From assembly GCA_002269645.1 (NCBI GenBank), contig NIVC01002355.1, positions 1-64,000 on the forward strand: a stretch of DNA of 64,000 bases. Direction: 5' to 3'. Below, in pieces: positions 1-19,647 of this stretch. This DNA is from Macrostomum lignano (taxonomy: Eukaryota). The notes below the pieces were generated by a model, which did no database searches, was not told the DNA's origin, and worked only from the letters and a program-made list of their open reading frames with translations. How positions within the stretch are numbered: the stretch's first letter is position 1; every line of letters starts with the position of its first letter. The position numbers and the translations under genes were made by a program.

Positions 1-1487
1 GCAGAAAGCACAAGAACATTGCAGCGCCATACATATTACAGTATTTCGTTTTCAAACTGCATAGGGCTACGTGCGTTTGCTCCAAAGCTCTATAAACTAC
101 CGTCTACAGAGACACTAACCTATATTTTGACATCGCAAGAATAAGAGCTTTAATAAAAGTTTAAATATGCATGTAAATCCTCGCACTATCAATTTGATTT
201 TTATAAAGCACATATACATATTTTTTTTGATGGGAAGAGTTTAATTCTTTAGAATTTCTTTAAAAACTAGCTTTTCAGTCCCATGTACTGTAGCTACTCG
301 TCATCTTCGTCCGATAATTGTGTTTCCATGACTGCGACTTAATACATGTACGTACTGTACATGTATAACGCGTCGTCAGCCGTCAACGTAAATGTAAAAA
401 TAAAGATCTATGCCAGCGCCGTCCATGGACGTTGGTACGTGTGGGTAGGTCGGTGGGACGTAGGAATTATGTTTAATGGGGGGTTGTACATGCAAAATGA
501 CAAAGTGAAATATGCATGTACACAAACCACTACACTATAGCAAAGGCAGAGCAAGCATCTCTTCGTACTAGTTCGTCGAACATGTACTTCTTCATTGCTC
601 CACTTGGGGATAATTGAAAAAAATATCTGAGAGAAGTAATGTGCTGTAATTAAGCTGAAGAGGTGTTTATTAATATCTTTTAGCCAGAGATACATTGATT
701 AAAAGTACGTGTGCCAAAATTTCATCCGAATTTAGACGACTCCAGTCACTTTAATATTTCAAGCTCCCAGGCATCGTGCAGTAATTTATTCATGATCGAT
801 GATCGCTACAGTTGCATAGCTAGGGAAAACACCATTTACGACTAGATGTGAATGCAGTCGAATTTTCCTCATCGATTAAAATTGTCAGATGTGTGCTTAC
901 AGTTGACTAAACTATGCGGACGGTTCCATACTCTGACGACGTAAGAGACGGAACTCTTTTGATTCTGACTTAAATAAAGTCAATACATGTACATGTAACG
1001 GGCACAGCGCAGTCCAGATTTCAATAGGCATTTTTTGGCACTAATGAGTTTATTCGGAGCTTTTTTGTAAAACAATCTAAAAGATCTATCATAGTTTTTT
1101 GCTCAAATGAAAAAAATGCAGTGCCATATTTCAGGCGCATTGAATTCATCATTTTCTTAGAAGTGTTTTATGGCTTACTGTACAATGGTCGAGCTACTTC
1201 AAAGCACGGTCTGGCCCCTGTGCAACTGATTGTAGAATTATGCTTGATTCGCCTGCGGAAACAGCTACAGAGGTTCAATATTAATAATATGCAGCTAAGA
1301 ATTTCGACCCTATAAGCTTGATGCATGTGACAGATTGGCATAGATCATTTGCATACGCGTCAGTCACACAAGTTCATGTATAAAATGGGCTCCATAAACC
1401 AGTAAAACTGCCCAATTTCACAGTTTTATATTTTTCAGCCCACAGAAACCCTGTCAGAAAAATCTTGTAAGACACGGAATCTCAAAA

Positions 1488-4400
1488 ATGAACAGAATTC
1501 AAGAGCACGCAATGAAAGAGGTAAGACTACGGATAATTAAATAGTTCTTCACGTTTACACACGACGACTACTGTACTGCCAATAAGTAACCAAAGATATC
1601 AAACGTAAAAGATTTCAGCAACCGAAGAGATTCCAACAGACACAAATTTGGAACAAGTATCCATGGAGCTTGAAAGCACGACAGTAAAAAACTGAACCAA
1701 AAAATCTGCTTTACTCAATCCTGGATGTGCCTCCAATCAGCCAGTGCATTCTGCTCGGTTTGCAGCACTTCATCACGATGATGTCCGGCACTGCAATTCT
1801 ACCACTCTACTGTTCAAGGCTCTGTGCATCACGGAGCTCAGTGACCAGTCGGCAGTGATTTCGTCCACATTTTTCGTGATGGGCTTGGCAACCCTGCTGC
1901 AGACGGTGCTGGGCACCCGACTGCCCATCATCCAGGGCGCATCGGCCGCGTTCTTCGTTCCTACATTTGCGATTCTGGCTTCCGATAGTTTATCGTCGTG
2001 TCCAGTAATCTCGTTGGACAGTGGGAATGCAACCCATGAAATAATTTCGGCCACAAACAACACTCCAGTCTGGATGGAGCGAATATCCACTGTAGGAGGT
2101 ACTCTTGCAATCGCATCTGTATTCCAAGTACTATTGGGTGCCACAGGTCTTACCGCAGTGATGATGCACTACATTGGACCCTTGGTGGTTGCGCCCACCA
2201 TCTGCCTGATCGGACTGTCGTTAGTTCCGATTGCATCGGCTAGCGCTGGTGGAAACTGGCTCATCGCTCTGCTGTAAGCATATGTATTAAAAAGCACACG
2301 AAGACCCCACCAGTCATACCAATTAATACTAAAAATGGACTAAAATTGCTTTAAGATCGCATCCATCATAAACCACAAACTTTTCGCAGCGTTTGTCTTC
2401 TAATTGTGATATTTAGCTACGTGCTCGATGCGATCAACGTACCGGTGCCAACTGTTCGGCAGTGTCGATTGCACTTTGTCCGACTTCCTTTGTTTAAGTC
2501 GTTTCCGGTAAGATTAGATAGATCTACTTCCTATGTCGTACGATACGATTAGTAATTTCTTTCAAGAACTATACTCAAGCATATTTTTGCTCGGTCAGTT
2601 TCATAGTTTCATTTATGTGACTTTTGATACATCTAGTAGATAATTAAGTTTTCTTATCATTGTGCAGAACATGCGGATGTCTTTAAAGATTTTCTGACCG
2701 ACGAGCATAGCGAATGTGACACAGCATAAGTGGAGGGCGGTCAAACCTCGCGAAGGCAGACCGATCGAGACCGGTTACTGGCCTGTTTTCCTTCTCAGTA
2801 CGAGCTAAGTCATAGCCACAGGTCGTCCTCTCCACCCTCTCTTATTGTGCGCAGAAATTTCTTCTATGCTTTTATCTTTTTACATTATAATTTTCGATAT
2901 TTATTCATCTACTTTTCTCAGTAGTCTAAGTTGAAACTTTCGCAGATACAATTACATTAACGTTTAATCGAAAAGGCGAGACTGACCCTTTAGCGTTGAA
3001 GCTGTTTTCACATACATACACAAGTTTTTGCATTTTTACAAGACAACTTGGATAAGAAATAAAGAAATTGCTATCAGCAAGGTTTCAAAGCGTTCCTTAC
3101 AAATTAACTAAGTACACACGCATTACCGTTACTCCTTTGTAGGTACTTCTTTCCGTGGGCATCACCTGGGCACTTTGCGGCATCCTAACCGCCTCGGGAG
3201 CCTTACCTAATAATCCGAAAGCTTGGGGCTACGCTGTCCGTACTGACACGCGTTCAAGGGCGTTCGCCCAAGCCGATTGGTTCCGTCTGCCATATCCGGG
3301 CCAGTTTGGGACGCCTCGAGTACTTTTTGTCGGCGTACTGGGCATGATGGCCGCCGACTCACTTGCATCTATTGTTGAAAGCATGGGCGACTATGTGGCT
3401 GCTGCCAAACTGTCTGGAGCGCCGAGGCCTCCGGCTCATGCGGTCAACAGGGTAAGATAAAGTCGAAGTGAAACCCCGACGCATTCAAGATATTCTCTGT
3501 CTTTCTCGAAGGCATTAATATTTTATAACAAACTAGAAAGTTCCGTTTGTACTCCATGGTTTCAATTTTGCCAACCGATTATTGTGTTAAAGTACTCAAT
3601 GCAAGTGAAGGATGCAGTGTTTTGCTTCTCCGTCAAACCAGAAGATCTGGTAGACCGACAATCAACGTGATATAGCGGTGAAGTTATTGGCATCAGGAGT
3701 ACCCACAAAAGGCCCAAAAATAGATAGATACAAAATTTTTGTTTGTATGCATCTTTGTTATTTGAACATCACTGTGACATATCGACCTAAATTGGTAATT
3801 ACCTTCCTTTTGTAAATGACAAGTAAAATTTTTGCTATATTTTTTTACTATTTTTATGCTTTAATGATTCATTATCATACATAGTATGGTACATAGACCT
3901 ATAGAATGCACTCGACTTAATCCCCTCCCTACCCAAAATACAGGTGTGATCATAGAAGGTGTGGCTTGCATTCTAGCCGGCATATTCTGCTTGGCCACCG
4001 GCAGCACCTCCTACAGCGAGAACATCGGCGCCATCGGCATCACTCGCGTCGGTAGTCGTCGGGTAATTCAATACACAGCTGTAATCATGCTCATTCTTGG
4101 CATCTGTCCCAAAGCTGGGGCGGTGTTTGTCTCTCTACCTGAGCCAGTAATTGGCGGCTTGTTCCTTGCAATGTTCGGCATGGTGGCGGGTGTTGGCTTG
4201 TCCAGTCTGCAGTACGCCGATATGAGCAATCAGCGAAATGTGTTTATAGTTGGAAATGCGTTGGCTTTTGGACTGGGCGTGCCACATTGGCTGAAAATGT
4301 CGGCACCTGATGGTGAAGGCCTGTCGCATGCAGAATCTCTACTAGCTGATGTAAACAGTGGAGGTAATTGTAGCTGACATGTATAGACACTTACTAACCT

Positions 4401-5334
4401 AGGTTGGTACTGTAAACTGACTGCTCCGAATGGACTTGACCGATTACGTGTCAATCACTCCTTCCAAACTTTGTAACACTCATGTCACTGCAATCGTTGA
4501 TTAAACAAGAGGCATCAAAAAAAACTTTTTCAGGTTTTCTTTTCAGATTTATGGAACAATTTTTGTTCAATCACAAAGAAAGTTGAAATTGTGGAACGTT
4601 GTGGTTCTTGTTTAAAGTCACAAGTTTTACTTTTTAGGTTAATAATAAACACCACCACTAGTAGAGAAGAGTGAAAACTTTCGAGACACCACAAGACAAA
4701 ATCGCAAAAGTTTTTATACGAAACATTATTTGAATCATCCTAAACTTTCAGCTGGTCGTGTCGCACTCGAGACGTTGCTGACATTGCTGAAAAATGAAAT
4801 TTTCGTAGCAGGTATTGTCGCTTTCGGACTAGACAATGGCTTAAAAGGTGACTAAATGTGTCATTATCCGACAATTTTATCGATTAAAACCGAAATAAAA
4901 GAACGCAACACTTGATATAGTCATCGAAATGAGCTGGAGGCCGGTAATGAACGAACAAATTCGGTCGAGAAAAATCCGCGCTAGAAAATCCGATTTCTGG
5001 AGAGTATAATAAATGCACTAACGATGTACGATAATATCCGTTCCATACGGACTTCTGGCTCATTTAAACAAGCTAACCGTTCTTTTACTTCATTGTTTTC
5101 TGTTCCTAACATTGCCTTTCTTCCCTGACAGGATCGGTGGTAAACCCAAGCCTGCCTCGATCGAATGAAGTCTCGACTGACGTGGACACAAAACAAAGTG
5201 ACGAGCAGTACACGGCGGAGAGCCTCGAGTTCTACGACATCCCTTTCGGTCGAAGACTATTCGCGGGCCGACTGCCGCTTGTGCCGCCGTTTCTGCCTAA
5301 ATATTCGGGCAGACAGACAGCTGGAGCTAGCTAG
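1488..5334 (+). CDS. SLC23A: SLC23/NAT nucleobase-ascorbate transporter, copy 1 (frame-disrupted: pseudogene or sequencing error)
   Basis: Exons: 1488-1520 (tentative), ~1619-2273, 2390-2507, 3143-3451, 3944-4363, 4752-4847, 5132-5334, with GT-AG sites matching copy 2. NAT signature ENIGAIGITR. Lesions: stop/extra A near 1685-1695, 1-nt deletion near 1804 (attctacc-actct versus copy 2), and a phase mismatch at the exon 3451 donor (one G short). The 5' end is uncertain. Confidence 0.85.
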
Positions 5335-6030
5335 TTTGCGCAGTTGCTTGCGAAATCTCATCAACGTTTAAATGGGTTGTTTTCTGTCACTAATTCAATA
5401 TTTAGTCTATAAATGTTTATATTTATAGACTAATGTTTTCTGATCAAATTGAAACTTTTACTTTCCTATAATTTTGCGGTGTTCTAAGAATGTCCTAATG
5501 TTTAAATGAACAGGTAGCTAATTATTTTAATAAGTTATCCATGCAGTACTGTACGTATTTAATAGCAAGTAATCTAATTAAATAAATGTTTAATTTGTTA
5601 ACAAACACGGCATTTTAGATCACCAGAAAAAGAATTTGTGAAAGAAATGTATTAAAAAATAAATTATCTATGTTGCACTAACAATACACTATATATTTTA
5701 ATCGCCTGCAGCTCGCAACTACATGACAGTTGTGAAAACCAATTGTTAAAAATACAAGATATGCATGCAGTCTCCCCAATATTCTTACTGCGCCTGTAAA
5801 AACGAAACTGCGAAGAAATTGCGAATTTTCTAATTGCGGCACATTTTCACGCTCGAAATTGCATTGCTGTTTTTATATATAATCGCCTGCAATGAAACTG
5901 CACAAAATAATATTTAATTTAAAAAAAAATTTCCGCTCTAAGATAAAGCCAAATAAATACCTTGAAATTCGGGTGAGTACCTAAATGCACACCTGATATA
6001 GAAAGATGTATTTTTTATTTATACTGATAA

Positions 6031-6400
<370 letters not shown>

Positions 6401-7507
6401 TTATGCAGCTTTGTTTTCAATATGTTGTGCGCAAAGTTCGGAAATAGCACAAAATTATTTAATGGCTTTTCATGGTGGTTAAATTCTCAAACCCATATCG
6501 TGAGAGATTTGAGTCACAATCGGCAGATTTAAGCCCTTGTATTGAAAAGACGTTGCTCGTGCAAATTCAACTTTTAGAATCAATGTAACGTTTGTTATAG
6601 TATAAACACTACCCTGTTAGATCGAGCCACAAGCAAGATAAGTTGTTGGCATTATACTGATAAAAGTTTGCTCAAGAACTCACTCCATACTTTACTAGTT
6701 AGTTAGTAGGATTGATTCACAATGCTTTTATCTTCAAGCATGAACATTCAACATGACAGCTAAGCAAGAGATATTGAACCCGTTAAGTTGGCTCTGCGGC
6801 ACAGACAAGATAACAGAATTTGTTAAAAATGGGTTGTAAAATCGCAAAACAACGAAGTTTAGAAGTACTATTGCTAATAGGAAGCACAGTAGGCAGTCAG
6901 CATGAGCTGTGGAAAAACTTTGAGCAACTGATGGAGTGTAGAAATGTAGAATATTGGAGAGTGTCAAATGGGGAGACCACAGTTGCTGGCCAAAATACAT
7001 GAACCCTATGTACAAATTTCATTGCGTGATATTTTGCTCCACCTTATTAATTATCCACCACATATTGTCTTCGTATTTTCGTAATAATGGTAGATTGTTT
7101 AGTATGTCGATGGCTCAAAATTGCAAAAAATTTTGCAAGCTTAATGCAAGCTTATTGTGTGTCTGGGCAAAAGTATACATACAATGACATCTGTGCTGCC
7201 TAAATTGTTAGTTATTATATTGTAAAGCACTTGTTCAGCATGTTGTTCAGTATTTAACTGGGCTGCATTGCTCCAAAACAATCTACCATTGAGGCAGAGA
7301 AGGAGAGGGAAGAGGGGCAGCCAACTGAACCCGAGCAAATTGAATTTTTGCGATAAAATAGCTCGTATAAGCACGGTACAGTCGGTTCGGAGAACACTTC
7401 GGAAACTATTTATATTGCTTGAAGGAAAAAGTTGCTGTCAACTGTATTTTTAGTTCTTTTAAGCAGTTGTTTTACCACGGAGTTATAAAATTTACTCAAA
7501 CAAAGGC

Positions 7508-13807
<6,300 letters not shown>

Positions 13808-13888
13808 AGCCTTAAGTCTAAAGTTGCTACGGGCAAATAATTAAGTAACAATGCTACGCAGATTTTTGGAAAATATTTGTAGTATTGC

Positions 13889-14334
13889 TTTTGTCAGCCT
13901 AACTGAGAGTGGAGCCATCCAAAGTGAGAATCCTGCCTACGCTGACTGCGAGGGGCCTGGCTGCGTGCAGCCTTAGTCTATGGGCCGTAGACAATAAAGG
14001 ACAAGCAAAGTGATAAAAAGCCATCCAATGTGAGAATCGATTGGTCTATGCGTCGTATTCTTTTATTTTTATACCTTCTGAGCTTCTGAGCCATATGACT
14101 AGCCAATCCTAGCTTATCCTTTATAGTCTATGGCTCATAGACTAGGCTGGACGCAGCTAGGCCCTTCGTATTCAGTGTAGGCAGGATTCTCACATTGGAT
14201 GGCTTTTTATCACTTTGCTTGTCCTTTATAGTCTATGGCCCATAGACTAAGGCTGCACGCAGCTAGGCCCTTCGCAGTCAGCGTAGGCGGGATTCTCACT
14301 TTGGATGGCTTTGTTCTCAGATAGGCTGACAAAA
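13889..14334. mobile_element. Palindromic MITE/foldback element with about 150-bp imperfect arms
   Basis: 13889-14040 is the reverse complement of about 14183-14334 (ttttgtcagcct...aggctgacaaaa). A third decayed arm copy lies at about 14135-14185. Confidence 0.8.
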
Positions 14335-15759
14335 CCAACACTTTAGCCAATAGCTCGTAAAACTTTTAATGCAATAATTAATATTTAATTTTCACCATTT
14401 TGTTTAAATTTATAATTTGGTTTAAAAATTGCCTTTGCTATATTCAATATTTTGTTTTACTCAATGGACTTAAACAGATGTAAGCGCGCTCAAAATTCCA
14501 GCTCAATGCCTAAATGAATGACATAATTCATTGCGCTCGGATGAGAATTTTCACGGCAAAGACGACCTGTAGGAAAGCAGATGATTTGATTAAAATCGAT
14601 GTAATTGGTCAGGAAACAGGAATAAATTCAAGAAAATTGGTTGCAGCAGCAAAGTTGTTGGAATTGCAACACGAAAGCGGAGTAGTGGGTTAAAAGGCAT
14701 ATGCAAAAAAGGCTAGACATAACCCCTCTTCGTTGTTATAAGGTATGTATTAATATAATAGATTAATGTATTAATCGTACATTCAAGATCACCAAAGATG
14801 TATATCACCTGACTGACTAGCTCCCCTTAGACTTGTAGTCTCGAGAATATTCTGCACTCACTCGAGGGACGATGCTAAATCATCAAAATAGCCATAAAAT
14901 ATCCACTCCATAAATCACCTTAGCTCAAGTTGCATTCAGATTCACGCCTGACACGCACATTTTAAATGAGAGACAAGTAGATAAAATTCGCGCTTAATGT
15001 CATGCGTCCCAAAACTTCTGAGCAAGCGATGCAAAATGATTAAGCTGCATGATCAACGAAGTGAAGTATGAGTTGTTGCAAAACATGGAATACCAGCACT
15101 TCTAAAGCAACGCTCAATTGGATTCATAAGAGTTCCGGTTTTTTTAATTTGAGTCCTCGCAATAAAAATTTAAATTGTAGCTCGCCTCATTGCGAGTCAA
15201 AAGAAAATTCTTACCTCAGGCAAAACTTGTACTTAACTCAATTGAAACACTCGCATACTTAATTCGCATGCTTGCTACAACTGAGGTTAGAAATGAGCAG
15301 GAGACAGGTTTGGAACGTACATTGTATACTTGTCGTATCGCCTGTGCATTTTGGAGCATTAGTATGCTCTCATGAAAACGAATTTTTGTTGATCTAATTT
15401 GTCCATGGCAAAACCCCATTTAGCGCTGCAAGCTATGCGCTTTCTAGAGCATGCTAAATGCACTAGCGATACGACAAATATCATATAATTCTTTAATTAA
15501 TAACTACCAATCGAACTGAATCTCTTCACTCCTTCAGAAAACCTGCTTTTAAAATATATATACCATTTAACAATTCTATTAGACTAAAAGTGGATTCTAT
15601 TTAGTCACTCAGGACAAGTTGAGACAATGAAATGCTGAAATATGCAGCATTCGACGAGCTACTATATCAGAGTTTCCTTCCCGCCGACTATAGTCTTATG
15701 GCCAAGCACTGACTACATTAAACTCACTTTTCGGGGGCCCAACCACAAATAACTATATA

Positions 15760-16520
15760 ACAACAACAACAATAACAACATCAACAACAACAACAACAAC
15801 AGAATACGCATTTAGCGTCACAGGGCGCGCCTCAAGGCCAGGTCGCGAATGAACGCCACGCCGCCGGCCAAATCCGGGGCGCCAGCGTCAGCCAGCAGGC
15901 AGTTGACGAAACGTCGAGTGCGCGCCTGCCCCCGCCGGTTTTTTTATTAGAGGCAGGGGGGTTGTGTGCACCCAACCGGCGAGGCACACAACCGGCGAGA
16001 GGCATTACTGCCCATTCCGCCGACTCCCTCGAGCAGGCATACAAGCGCGCGGATACGTACGCAGGCACACACTCACACAGGAGTGTACAGCGGCCCTAAC
16101 TTTATATTATCGTTAGGCATGTACACTTCACTGCGCCTTGGGGGGTTGGCTCTCAAGGCTGTTAATTGCACGAGCAGAGCCAAGCCGAGATTCCAATTCA
16201 GCCCCAAATTAATGCGACTGCACTTGGAATCGAGCCTGGGTCGCTGGCATTAGCAGCAGCACCTCCTGCACCGGCTCTGGGCAGTACGACTCGGCGCGGA
16301 TGATGTGGCCTGCCAGCTGGAGTCGCCGACGGCGCAACAGGCTGCTTGGACGGACCAGGCCAGCGCGGCGATACAAAGCCGCGTTGGTCGCTCGCTCGTA
16401 GCCGGTCTTGAAGCCGAGCAGCAGGCCAGCGTGCGCCGCGTCAACTTGTTGCTCGAGCGACTCCGTCAGCGTCCAGGTCTCGGCGTTGTACAGCAGGACG
16501 GTCTCCATCACCGCCTTTAT
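15760..16520 (-). mobile_element. 5'-truncated RTE-like LINE C-terminus with (TTG)n tail, split by a SINE
   Basis: METVLLYNAETWTLT...RRRRLQLAGHIIRAESYCPEPVQEVLLL (16511-16251) resumes at 15938 as RRGQARTRRFVNCLLADAGAPD...RRAL*, stop at 15818-15820, followed by a TTG repeat tail at 15760-15801. Confidence 0.85.
15939..16250 (-). mobile_element. 5'-truncated tRNA-derived SINE nested in the RTE fragment
   Basis: B-box-like gacccaggctcgattcc at its 5' end and AATAAAAAAA at its 3' end. It interrupts the RTE reading frame. A related copy is at about 10190-10500. Confidence 0.65.
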
Positions 16521-16977
16521 AGTATTTGTGGGCTCAGCTAGCGATGTACTAAATAAAATTCATTTTTGTCCAATACAAATGTCAAAAGGTATATTAATAA
16601 AAGAAGTGAGCTTCTGTGAAATGCAAATAATTTTGATACACGATAAACTAAAAATCTCTTCTGTTTATTAACCTAAAACTTCACAGCCGCGCCACATTGA
16701 CGAAAAAAGATGTCGTGAGTTTCTTAGGAGAAAACGGATATTATTGACATGTTTAAATTGTATCGATTTTGTACAAAACAAATGTATTTGTATTGTTTCC
16801 GTTTTAGTTTGTTAAAGTTAAAAGGAGTTAAGAATATTGGATACAATTGAACAAGCAACGATCAAGTCGCTACAGTGGAAAAGCTGTCAGGTAAACATCG
16901 CAAGCCTTTTTGAGTTTGTATTGCCATATTAAAGCAGAGACAGATTTCCTTTATCGCTTTGATTGCGAATTGCGGAT

Positions 16978-17205
16978 GGCTGAGATGCCAGTGATCAAGG
17001 TGGAATGCTGAGATGCCAGTGATCAAGGTGGATGGCTGAGATGCCAGTGATCAAGGTGGAATGCTGAGATGCCAGTGATCAAGTCATGCTGAGATGCCAG
17101 TGATCAAGTCATGCTGAGATGCCAGTGATCAAGTCATGCTGAGATGCCAGTGATCAAAGTGGAATGCTGAGATGCCAGTGATCAAGGTGGAATGCTGAGA
17201 TGCCA
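16978..17205. repeat. Minisatellite, 25-29-bp units GCTGAGATGCCAGTGATCAAG(GTGGAAT/TCAT)
   Basis: About 9 tandem units read directly. Confidence 0.9.
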
Positions 17206-17849
17206 AGGCTCTTGTCGGGAGCGGATATCTCCGACAGTAAATTTGATATCCAAAATAGATATTGCCTTTACAGTTTGGTACGAGCTACTAAAAAATGAGT
17301 TGTCAATGTACATATTTATATGCTATCGATTTTAGCAAAAACGGCTCAAATTCTCACTAAAAAATATTCACAATTATTAGCAGTCGATCATGCTTTTAGA
17401 GGCTCACTGTAGGAAAGCTAAAAGGGCATAGATGTTCTTAAGCTAAAACTGTCTGTCTAATAACATGCATCTCAGCGCATGTGATTTGAATTCTGACCTC
17501 CTCAGATATCTGGGCTTATAGAAGCAGTAAATGCTAAAAGAGGCCATGATCGAGACTCTTGATGTCTGGATGTTGTGCCGGAAATTTTTGCTCTTGTCTG
17601 TGTTTCTCCCTCCTTTTCTCTTCCCTCAAGGGACTCGAAAACGAATAAAAGAGAGACGATATGCACCGTCTTGCATGCACGATTCTATCTCACTGGAACA
17701 TTTGAATAGTTGACTAAACATTGCCCCCGAAAGGTTCACTCCCTATCTAAACTTGCTTTATCTTCGTTGTAGAGGCTGAATGTTGTGCAGGGATCTTACG
17801 AGTAGATTGTCTCATAGCATAAAAATGCATAAAATTGCATAAAAAGTTT

Positions 17850-18390
17850 ATGAACCGTGCTGTATCCCGGGTGCTCTCTACTCTTTCGCCGTCGTCGGTT
17901 TCTGGCGCAGATTTTTGGCGCTCCCAGCTAGGACCATTCGCCTCCAGTTGATGTTGGGTAGCTTGCGGTATGACAAAGTGGTCAAGATCCCATATGCTGA
18001 ACTAGCGGCCCCAGGGTGTTTGAGGTGCGGCCACCACCAGTACACCCGGGAGCACTGCTAATGAGACGAGACTCCCCGTTCTGCAGGTAAAAATCCGGGG
18101 CGACTCTTATCCTAACCATGACATCAGTTTATACTCTGACAGCAAAGCCACTATTAAGGCTATCAAGCTATCAACCAAGTTATTCACAGACTGTTTCACT
18201 AGCTTGCAAAGCCTAGCGACCCTCAATAGGATCAACGTGATCTGGACGCTAGGCCATAGCGACATCTTTGGTAACGAGTTGGTGAATCAATAGCAACTGC
18301 AATCGGATCCGGGAACCTGCGCGTATTTTTTCGGGGACTCCGGCCGGATGAAGATCGCAGACGCCACTCTCATGAGCTCTTCTGCTGCTG
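17850..18390 (+). mobile_element. Degenerate non-LTR retrotransposon remnant with RNase H domain (I/R1/LOA-type) and decayed CCHC knuckle
   Basis: 18114-18293 translates NHDISLYSDSKATIKAI...[16 protein letters not shown], matching RNase H motifs YSDS, WVPGH and GNExAD. 18017-18058 gives CLRCGHHQYTREHC (C-x2-C-x4-[H>Y]-x4-C). Not in the ORF track. Confidence 0.7.
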
Positions 18391-18393
18391 AAG

Positions 18394-19647
18394 AAGGGTG
18401 GGCTGGAGAGGGGTGGGCTGGAGAGGGATGGGCTGGAGAGGGATGGGCTGGAGAGGGGTGGGCTGGAGAGGGATGGGCTGGAGAGGGGTGGGCTGGAGAG
18501 GGATGGGCTGGAGAGGGATGGGCTGGAGAGGGATGGGCTGGAGAGGGATGGGCTGGAGAGGGGTGGGCTGGAGAAATGTGGGCTGGAGAAGGGTTGGCTG
18601 GAGAGGGATGGGCTGGAGAGGGGTGGGCTGGAGAAGGGTTGGCTGGAGAGGGATGGGCTGGAGAGAGATGGGCTGGAGAGGGATGGGCTGGAGAGGGATG
18701 GGCTGGAGAGGAATGGGCTGGAGAGAGATGGGCTGGAGAGGAATGGGCTGGAGAGGGATGGGCTGGAGAGGGATGGGCTGGAGAGAGATGGGCTGGAGAG
18801 GGATGGGCTGGAGAGGGGTGGGCTGGAGAAGGGTTGGCTGGAGAGGGATGGGCTAGAGAGAGATGGGCTGGAGAGGGATGGGCTGGAGAGGGATGGGCTG
18901 GAGAGGAATGGGCTGGAGAGGGATGGGCTGGAGAGGGATGGGCTGGAGAGGGATGGGCTGGAGAGGGGTGGGCTGGAGAAAGGTGGGCTGGAGAGGGGTG
19001 GGCTGGAGAGGGATGGGCTGGAGAGGGGTGGGCTGGAGAAGGGTTGGCTGGAGAGGAATGGGCTAGAGAGAGATGGGCTGGAGAGGGATGGGCTGGAGAG
19101 GGATGGGCTGGAGAGGAATGGGCTGGAGAGGGATGGGCTGGAGAGGAATGGGCTGGAGAGGGATGGGCTGGAGAGGGATGGGCTGGAGAGGGATGGGCTG
19201 GAGAGGGGTGGGCTGGAGAAGGGTGGGCTGGAGAGGGGTGGGCTGGAGAGGGATGGGCTGGAGAGGGGTGGGCTGGAGAAGGGTTGGCTGGAGAGGGATG
19301 GGCTGGAGAGAGTGGGCTGGAGAGGGATGGGCTGGAGAGGGATGGGCTGGAGAGGAATGGGCTGGAGAGGAATGGGCTGGAGAGGGATGGGCTGGAGAGG
19401 GATGGGCTGGAGAGAGATGGGCTGGAGAGGGATGGGCTGGAGAGGGGTGGGCTGGAGAAGGGTTGGCTGGAGAGGGATGGGCTGGAGAGAGATGGGCTGG
19501 AGAGGGATGGGCTGGAGAGGGATGGGCTGGAGAGGAATGGGCTGGAGAGGGATGGGCTGGAGAGGAATGGGCTGGAGAGGGATGGGCTGGAGAGGAATGG
19601 GCTGGAGAGGGATGGGCTGGAGAGGAATGGGCTGGAGAGGAATGGGC
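18394..19647. repeat. G-rich 15-bp minisatellite (GGGATGGGCTGGAGA)n, about 83 units
   Basis: Direct reading. 1-nt register shift near 19311. Explains the WAGEG, GWRGM, PLQPI and PSPAH ORFs. Confidence 0.97.
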
